A stretch of DNA of 64,000 bases from an uncultured Burkholderiales bacterium (GTDB lineage Bacteria > Pseudomonadota > Gammaproteobacteria > Burkholderiales > Burkholderiaceae_C), in NCBI GenBank assembly GCA_903916355.1, contig CAIWWN010000270.1, forward strand, positions 6,127 through 70,126. Direction: 5' to 3'. The notes beneath the pieces were generated by a model that worked only from the letters and a program-made list of their open reading frames with translations, had not been told where the DNA came from and did no database searches. Positions 56,200 to 64,000 of the stretch are shown in pieces (position 1 is the stretch's first letter; each line of letters opens with the position of its first letter). A program made the translations under genes and the position numbers.

Positions 56200-57309
56200 A
56201 TGATCGTTCTGAAGACTACCCAAGACAAACTCTTGTCTGTTTTGCAATCCGTTTCAGGCATTGTGGAGCGGCGTCACACCCTGCCCGTTTTGGCCAATGT
56301 GATGATCCGCAAAACTGGCAGCGCCGTGCAGCTGACCACCAGCGACCTGGAAATCCAAATTCGCACCACCGCCCAGCTCGATGGTGACGCCGGCGACTTC
56401 ACCACCACCGTGGGCGCGCGCAAACTCATCGATATTTTGCGCACCATGCCAGCCGACCAGACGGTCAGCCTGGAGTCCAGCCAAAGCAAGCTGATCTTGA
56501 AGGGTGGCAAGTCCAAGTTCACGCTGCAAACCTTGCCCGCCGAAGACTTTCCGCTGGTGCAAGAAGCCGCCAGCTTTGGCCCCGCCTTCAGCGTGCCGCA
56601 AAAGACGCTCAAGGCCCTGCTCGGGCAGGTGTCGTTTGCCATGGCCGTGCATGACATTCGCTATTACTTGAACGGCATCTTGTTTGTGGCAGAAGGCAAA
56701 AAACTCAGCCTGGTCTCCACCGACGGTCACCGACTGGCTTTTGCCTCGGCCACCTTGGATGTGGATGTGCCCGTCAAGCAAGAAGTGATCTTGCCGCGCA
56801 AGACCGTGCTCGAATTGCAGCGCTTGATGAGCGATGCCGAAGGCGCGATCGACATGCAGTTCGCCAACAACCAAGCCAAGTTCACTTTTGACGGCATGGA
56901 GTTTGTGACCAAGCTGGTCGAGGGCAAGTTCCCCGATTACAACCGCGTCATCCCCAAAGGTCATCGCAACAACGTCACGCTGGGCCGCCAGGCCTTGCTG
57001 TCTTGCTTGCAGCGCACCGCCATTTTGACCAGCGACAAGTTCAAAGGCGTGCGCCTGAACCTGGAGCCCGGCACCTTGCGTGTGGCCTCCACCAACGCCG
57101 AGCAAGAAGAAGCCGTGGACGAACTCGACATCGATTACGGCGGCGACGCCATCGAAATCGGCTTCAACGTCACCTACATCATCGACGTGCTGGGCAATAT
57201 GAGCCAAGACATGGTGCGCATCGATTTGGCCGATGGCAACAGCTCCGCGCTGATCACCATCCCGGAAAACGAAGACTTCAAATACGTGGTCATGCCGATG
57301 CGCATTTAA
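56200..57309 (+). CDS. dnaN: DNA polymerase III beta sliding clamp DnaN
   Basis: MIVLKTTQDKLLSVLQSVSGIVERRHTLPVLANVMI... ending VVMPMRI. RBS gaggt. Confidence 0.95.
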   Translation: MIVLKTTQDKLLSVLQSVSGIVERRHTLPVLANVMIRKTGSAVQLTTSDLEIQIRTTAQLDGDAGDFTTTVGARKLIDILRTMPADQTVSLESSQSKLILKGGKSKFTLQTLPAEDFPLVQEAASFGPAFSVPQKTLKALLGQVSFAMAVHDIRYYLNGILFVAEGKKLSLVSTDGHRLAFASATLDVDVPVKQEVILPRKTVLELQRLMSDAEGAIDMQFANNQAKFTFDGMEFVTKLVEGKFPDYNRVIPKGHRNNVTLGRQALLSCLQRTAILTSDKFKGVRLNLEPGTLRVASTNAEQEEAVDELDIDYGGDAIEIGFNVTYIIDVLGNMSQDMVRIDLADGNSSALITIPENEDFKYVVMPMRI

Positions 57310-57380
57310 GCCCCGGCCCCACCGACCTGCAGCCCATGAAACCCGCGACACCTCGCGGGTTTCGGCCATTCAAGAGATAG

Positions 57381-59996
<2,616 letters not shown>

Positions 59997-60011
59997 TCGA
60001 TTTCAAATGAG

Positions 60012-60046
60012 CGCCCTGCCAGCCATGCTTGCAGGGCGTTTTTTTT
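60012..60046 (+). terminator. Rho-independent terminator after gyrB
   Basis: CGCCCTGC, 11-nt loop, GCAGGGCG, TTTTTTTT. Confidence 0.8.
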
Positions 60047-60068
60047 GATGGCTTGATCTTGGATACGT

Positions 60069-60692
60069 ATGAGCACATTCGCCGTCATCGACTTTGAAAC
60101 CACCGGCATCTCCCCGAACATGGGCGATCGCGCCACCGAGGTGGCGATTGTCTTGCTCGAAGACGGCCAGGTGGTGGATCGCTTTCAAGGCCTGATGAAT
60201 GCGGGCGTTCGCATTAACAGTTTCATCACGCAACTCACCGGCATTACCAACGAGATGGTGCAGGCCGCGCCACCGGCCGAGCAGGTGATGCTTGAAGCCG
60301 CTCGCTTTGTGGCCGGGCGGCCCATGGCCGCGCACAACGCGGCGTTTGACAAAAAGTTCTGGCAAGCCGAGTTGGCACGTTGCGGCGAAGACGGATCGCA
60401 CCCGTTTGTCTGCACCTTGCTGCTTTCTCGCCGCTTGTACCCGCAGGCCGCAAACCATAAGTTGGGTACCTTGGCCGCGTTGCACCATTTGCCGGCCGCC
60501 GGCCGCGCCCACCGCGCTATGGCCGATGCCGAGGTGGCCGCTTCCTTGCTGCTGCACATGCAACACGATCTGAAAATCCGTCACGGTTGTGCCGCGCCAG
60601 ACCATGCCTTGCTCATGGGCTTGCAGCGCACCAGTCGCCATTTGGTGGGTGGGTATTTGAAACGCCAGGCATGCATGGTGTTAACTAAGTAA
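60069..60692 (+). CDS. DEDDh 3'-5' exonuclease (DnaQ/epsilon-like)
   Basis: AVIDFETTG (ExoI), AHNAAFDKKF (ExoII), HRAMADAE (ExoIII). Confidence 0.8.
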   Translation: MSTFAVIDFETTGISPNMGDRATEVAIVLLEDGQVVDRFQGLMNAGVRINSFITQLTGITNEMVQAAPPAEQVMLEAARFVAGRPMAAHNAAFDKKFWQAELARCGEDGSHPFVCTLLLSRRLYPQAANHKLGTLAALHHLPAAGRAHRAMADAEVAASLLLHMQHDLKIRHGCAAPDHALLMGLQRTSRHLVGGYLKRQACMVLTK

Positions 60693-60730
60693 CACCTCGG
60701 CGCTATACTTGCTGTAAAAGGAGTATTCAT

Positions 60731-61033
60731 ATGCCGACCCTCTCAGTCAAACTCGATGAACACTCACGCTCCAAGGTGCAGGCGCTGGCCAGTCAACAGG
60801 GGGTAACGCCTCACGCATTCATGGTGCGAGCCATTGAGTCGGCCGTGGCGCGATCCGAAGTTGAAGGCGCGTGGGTTGCACGAGCGTTACTGGCCCGGAA
60901 AAACATGGAGCAAACCGGCATGGTGGTGGATGGATTGGCCATGGCCAAATACCTCAAGGACAAAGTGCGTGGACGCGTCAGCCAGCGGCCAGTACCCGAA
61001 GGCCTTGAGCAGTTGCTAACGCAAGGTTCATGA
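60731..61033 (+). CDS. Ribbon-helix-helix antitoxin (ParD/CopG-like)
   Basis: MPTLSVKLDEHSRSKVQALASQQGVTPHAFMVRAIESAV. ATGA overlap with the toxin gene. Confidence 0.65.
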   Translation: MPTLSVKLDEHSRSKVQALASQQGVTPHAFMVRAIESAVARSEVEGAWVARALLARKNMEQTGMVVDGLAMAKYLKDKVRGRVSQRPVPEGLEQLLTQGS

Positions 61034-61320
61034 CGCAAATTGTTCAATCACCTGAGGCGGCTGATGACCTTGAAGAATTGGTCGATTTTCTGCTGCGCAG
61101 CAAACCCAAATTTGCCATTGAGACTGTAGACCTCGTGCTGGACGCTTTGTCTGTTTTGGAGCGACACCCGCTCATTGGGAGGCCCATTGCCCATGGTTTA
61201 CGTGAACTGGTGATCTCCCGAGGTCAATCGGGCTATTTGGCGCTTTACGCTTATGACGCGACAACTGACGTGGTGTTTGTATTGGCCATTCGACATCAAC
61301 GCGAACAAGACTACCACTGA
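61030..61320 (+). CDS. ParE/RelE-superfamily toxin
   Basis: AADDLEELVDFL...HPLIGRP...LRELVISRGQSGYLALYAYD...VFVLAIRHQRE. Confidence 0.7.
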   Translation: MTQIVQSPEAADDLEELVDFLLRSKPKFAIETVDLVLDALSVLERHPLIGRPIAHGLRELVISRGQSGYLALYAYDATTDVVFVLAIRHQREQDYH

Positions 61321-61344
61321 GCCCGTCACAGTCAGACACTCACT

Positions 61345-63303
61345 TTAGTTCAGCCGGATATTCGATTTGTTGCGCGGCTGGCCGATCGGCGCTTGGGCTT
61401 GGCCTTTTTGCGCGGCGGCCATGTCTTCTTCGCTGGGGTATTGGTCGAGCAACCAGTAATCAAAAACACGGCGCGCAATGGGGGCGGCTTGGGCTGCGCC
61501 AAAACCGGCGTTCTCGACGATCACGGCCAGGGCGATTTTGGGGTTTTCAGCCGGTGCAAACGCCATGTACAGGGCGTGATCGCGTTGATGCTCTTCCAGC
61601 TTGCCGGCAATGTACTTGTCTTTTTGGCCGATGGTCACCGCTTGCGCTGTGCCGGTTTTGCCCGCGCTTTGGTAAGCCGCTCCCGCAAACACGCGGGCGG
61701 ACGTGCCTTCGCGCACCACCCCCACCAAGCCTTTGTGCACCACGGCCACATGCTCGGGGTTGTAGTCCAGGTTCACCGGGGGTGGCGTGTCGACCGGCAG
61801 ATTGGCGTGGCTGAGCGCATCTTGTGTCGCCATGACCAGACGCGGCGTGTACTTGATGCCGCCTTGGGCCAAGGTGGCCGTGGCATGCGCCAGTTGCAAC
61901 ATGGTGAAGGCGTTGTAGCCCTGGCCAATGCCCAAAGAGATGGTCTCGCCGGCATACCACTTTTGTTGTTCGGCGTGTTTGTAGGTGTTGCGCTTCCATG
62001 CGGTGCTGGGCAGCACGCCGCGCACTTCGCCGGGCAGGTCCAGCCCGGTGGACTGGCCAAAGCCCAGCGGTTTCATGAAGTCGTGAATGGTGTCCACGCC
62101 CAAGTCATTGGCCAGCGAGTAGTAGTAGACGTTGCTGGACAACACAATGGAGCGCACCATGTCGACCGGGCCGAGCCCGCCGTCACCGTGGCTGCGGAAG
62201 GTGTGATTGCCAAAGGTCCAAGAGCCGTTGTCGTTGATGATGGCACTGGCGCTGCGCTTGCCGGTGGTCAACGCCGCCATGGCCATGAACGGCTTGTAGG
62301 TGGAGCCGGGCGGGTAGGTGCCGCGCAAGGCCCGATTGAGCAGGGGTTTGTCGATGGATTCGCTCAGCGCTTTCCAGTTCTCGACGTCAATGCCTTCGAC
62401 AAACAGGTTCGGATCAAACGTGGGTTTGCTGACGAAGGCCAGCACTTCGCCGTTGCTCGGGTCGATTGCGACCAAGGCGCCACGGCGGTTGCCAAACAGG
62501 TCTTCCACCATTTTTTGCAGCTTGATATCGATCGTCAGAACCACGTTCTGACCTGGCGTGGCCGGGTGGCTGGCCAAGCGACGCACGGCCCGGCCACCGG
62601 CCGAGGTTTCGATTTCTTGTACACCGGTGATGCCGTGCAGCGCACGCTCGTAGCGCTGCTCCACGCCCAGCTTGCCAATGTATTCGGTGCCCCGGTAGTT
62701 GCCTTCTTCGTCGTCGTCGCTCAGTCGCTCTTTTTCTTTGGGGCTGATGCGGCCGATATAGCCAATCACGTGGCTGGCCAAATCGCCAAAGGGGTATTGC
62801 CGGAACAAACGCGCTTTGATCTCGACGCCCGCAAAGCGATAGTGCTGTGCGGAAAACCGGGCCACTTCGGCGTCGGTCAGGCGGGTGCGAATCGGCAGTG
62901 AATCAAAGCCTTTGGATTCGTCGCGCAACCGTTTGAAGCGTTTTTTGTCGCGCGCCTGGATGTCGATAATTTGCGACAGGGCTTCGATGGTGGCTTCCAC
63001 GTCGTCGACTTTGGCGGGCGTGATCTCCAGGGTGTAGGCCGAGTAGTTGCTGGCCAGGATTTCGCCATTGCGATCAAAAATAATGCCACGTGTTGGCACC
63101 GTGGGAATGATGGCCGTGCGGTTGTCTTCGGCCTGCTCTTGCAGGTCTTCATGACGCACCACTTGCAAATAAAACAAGCGCGCGACCAGCAAGCCAAAGC
63201 AGACGATGACCAGCGCCTGGGTGGCCACCACACGGCCTCGGAATTTGTGAATTTCCAGTCGCGAGTTGCGCAGTTCGGCCAGCGAGGGCAACCAGAAGGC
63301 CAT
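61345..63303 (-). CDS. mrdA: Penicillin-binding protein 2 (elongasome transpeptidase)
   Basis: PPGSTYKP (SxxK), LSSN (SxN), AGKTGTAQ (KTG). N-terminal TM and dimerisation domain. Confidence 0.92.
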   Translation of the reverse strand: MAFWLPSLAELRNSRLEIHKFRGRVVATQALVIVCFGLLVARLFYLQVVRHEDLQEQAEDNRTAIIPTVPTRGIIFDRNGEILASNYSAYTLEITPAKVDDVEATIEALSQIIDIQARDKKRFKRLRDESKGFDSLPIRTRLTDAEVARFSAQHYRFAGVEIKARLFRQYPFGDLASHVIGYIGRISPKEKERLSDDDEEGNYRGTEYIGKLGVEQRYERALHGITGVQEIETSAGGRAVRRLASHPATPGQNVVLTIDIKLQKMVEDLFGNRRGALVAIDPSNGEVLAFVSKPTFDPNLFVEGIDVENWKALSESIDKPLLNRALRGTYPPGSTYKPFMAMAALTTGKRSASAIINDNGSWTFGNHTFRSHGDGGLGPVDMVRSIVLSSNVYYYSLANDLGVDTIHDFMKPLGFGQSTGLDLPGEVRGVLPSTAWKRNTYKHAEQQKWYAGETISLGIGQGYNAFTMLQLAHATATLAQGGIKYTPRLVMATQDALSHANLPVDTPPPVNLDYNPEHVAVVHKGLVGVVREGTSARVFAGAAYQSAGKTGTAQAVTIGQKDKYIAGKLEEHQRDHALYMAFAPAENPKIALAVIVENAGFGAAQAAPIARRVFDYWLLDQYPSEEDMAAAQKGQAQAPIGQPRNKSNIRLN

Positions 63304-63304
63304 G

Positions 63305-63826
63305 TCAGAGCGTGCGGTTCAACGGTGAAGACCGGTCACGCCGCTGCGGAATCAACAGCAAGGTGCTCAACAGGGGCCATAGCAGGGCTTGAATCAAAGG
63401 CGCCAGCAGCAAACTCCAGTTGGCCATGGGGTGACCTGCGAACAGGTGAATCAGCCATTCCGCCAAGGTGGCCATGGCAAACAAGGGCAAGACCTGGATG
63501 GATTGCTGTTGCACCGGAAACCACAGCAGACGCCGATGCATGAGGACGGCGCCAAAGCACAACAAGGTGTAGGCCAAGGCGTTCTGGCCAAGCAAGGTGG
63601 ACTCGTGCACGTCCATCATCAGGCCAAACACAAATGCCGCGCCCATGCCCACGCGCCGGGGTTGGTGCACGCTCCAAAAAACCAGGGTCATGGCCAACAG
63701 ATCGGGCGTCCAGAAATAGTTGCCCAAGCCAATCAGCATGTGCAGGATCAGCGCCAGGAACAAGCTGAACCAGATGAAGCTGGGGTTGACCCTTGCCAGC
63801 AGCGGCTTGCCGCGTTCCATGATCAT
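63305..63826 (-). CDS. mreD: Rod shape-determining protein MreD
   Basis: 173-aa 5-TM protein between mreC and mrdA. Confidence 0.85.
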   Translation of the reverse strand: MIMERGKPLLARVNPSFIWFSLFLALILHMLIGLGNYFWTPDLLAMTLVFWSVHQPRRVGMGAAFVFGLMMDVHESTLLGQNALAYTLLCFGAVLMHRRLLWFPVQQQSIQVLPLFAMATLAEWLIHLFAGHPMANWSLLLAPLIQALLWPLLSTLLLIPQRRDRSSPLNRTL

Positions 63827-64000
63827 GGCGGGCCTCCTGTGGGCGCGGTATCTTTGAGACCATCGCGTTTTTTGCCGCGCAGCGGTTTGGGCGCGACCTC
63901 CACGGGCGGTGGCGCCAACTCGTTGGCTTGTTGTAACACCAGCAGGTGACGCCCCACCTTGTGGGCCAGTGGCTGTGCTTGAATACGGGCAAACGCCGCG
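63823..64000 (-). CDS. mreC: Rod shape-determining protein MreC, C-terminal end (5' part outside the window)
   Basis: Manual translation gives ...AAFARIQAQPLAHKVGRHLLVLQQANELAPPPVEVAPKPLRGKKRDGLKDTAPTGGPP*. The stop overlaps the mreD ATG (ATGA). Confidence 0.7.
   Translation of the reverse strand, partial: AAFARIQAQPLAHKVGRHLLVLQQANELAPPPVEVAPKPLRGKKRDGLKDTAPTGGPP

Noticed and set aside
56254-57369. 371-aa minus-strand ORF
   Set aside because: It is antisense to dnaN.

Overview
High-GC betaproteobacterial (Comamonadaceae-like) chromosome segment covering the dnaA / origin-proximal region. About 70 protein-coding genes are supported, nearly all core metabolism or housekeeping. In order: lptD (partial, missed by the ORF track) and an AmgK-like kinase; rsmE; a small AT-richer islet with a BrnT/BrnA-like toxin-antitoxin pair and a frameshifted GNAT joined to a blasticidin-S/cytidine-deaminase-like domain; a TrhO-GST fusion; an MFS transporter, a hydrolase and an M20 peptidase; an RcoM-type PAS-LytTR regulator next to a complete form-I aerobic CO dehydrogenase cluster (coxMSLGDEF plus mocA) that continues into two uncharacterised genes; a 4-carbon acid-sugar (threonate/erythronate) operon with a GntR regulator; metXW with a structured leader; a UPF0016 exporter; metY; a stand-alone amt; a glycine-rich RRM protein; kdsD-kdsC-lptC; a Kef-type antiporter; a liv-type ABC transporter; an SDR plus desaturase; and an aspartate-racemase-like single-gene insert. 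The window ends with the classical mnmE-yidC-yidD-rnpA-rpmH / dnaA-dnaN-gyrB block, a DnaQ-like exonuclease, a ParDE-like TA pair and mrdA-mreD-mreC (partial). No rRNA, tRNA, CRISPR array, transposase or integrase was seen. Many long ORFs in the track are GC-driven antisense artefacts. The best candidates for something undescribed are: the two unknown genes appended to the cox operon (TIGR02466-type oxygenase-like protein and a Trp-rich polytopic membrane protein), the TrhO-GST fusion, the GNAT-deaminase fusion, and the metX and amt leader structures. All family assignments rest on motif recognition by eye. No database search was run.
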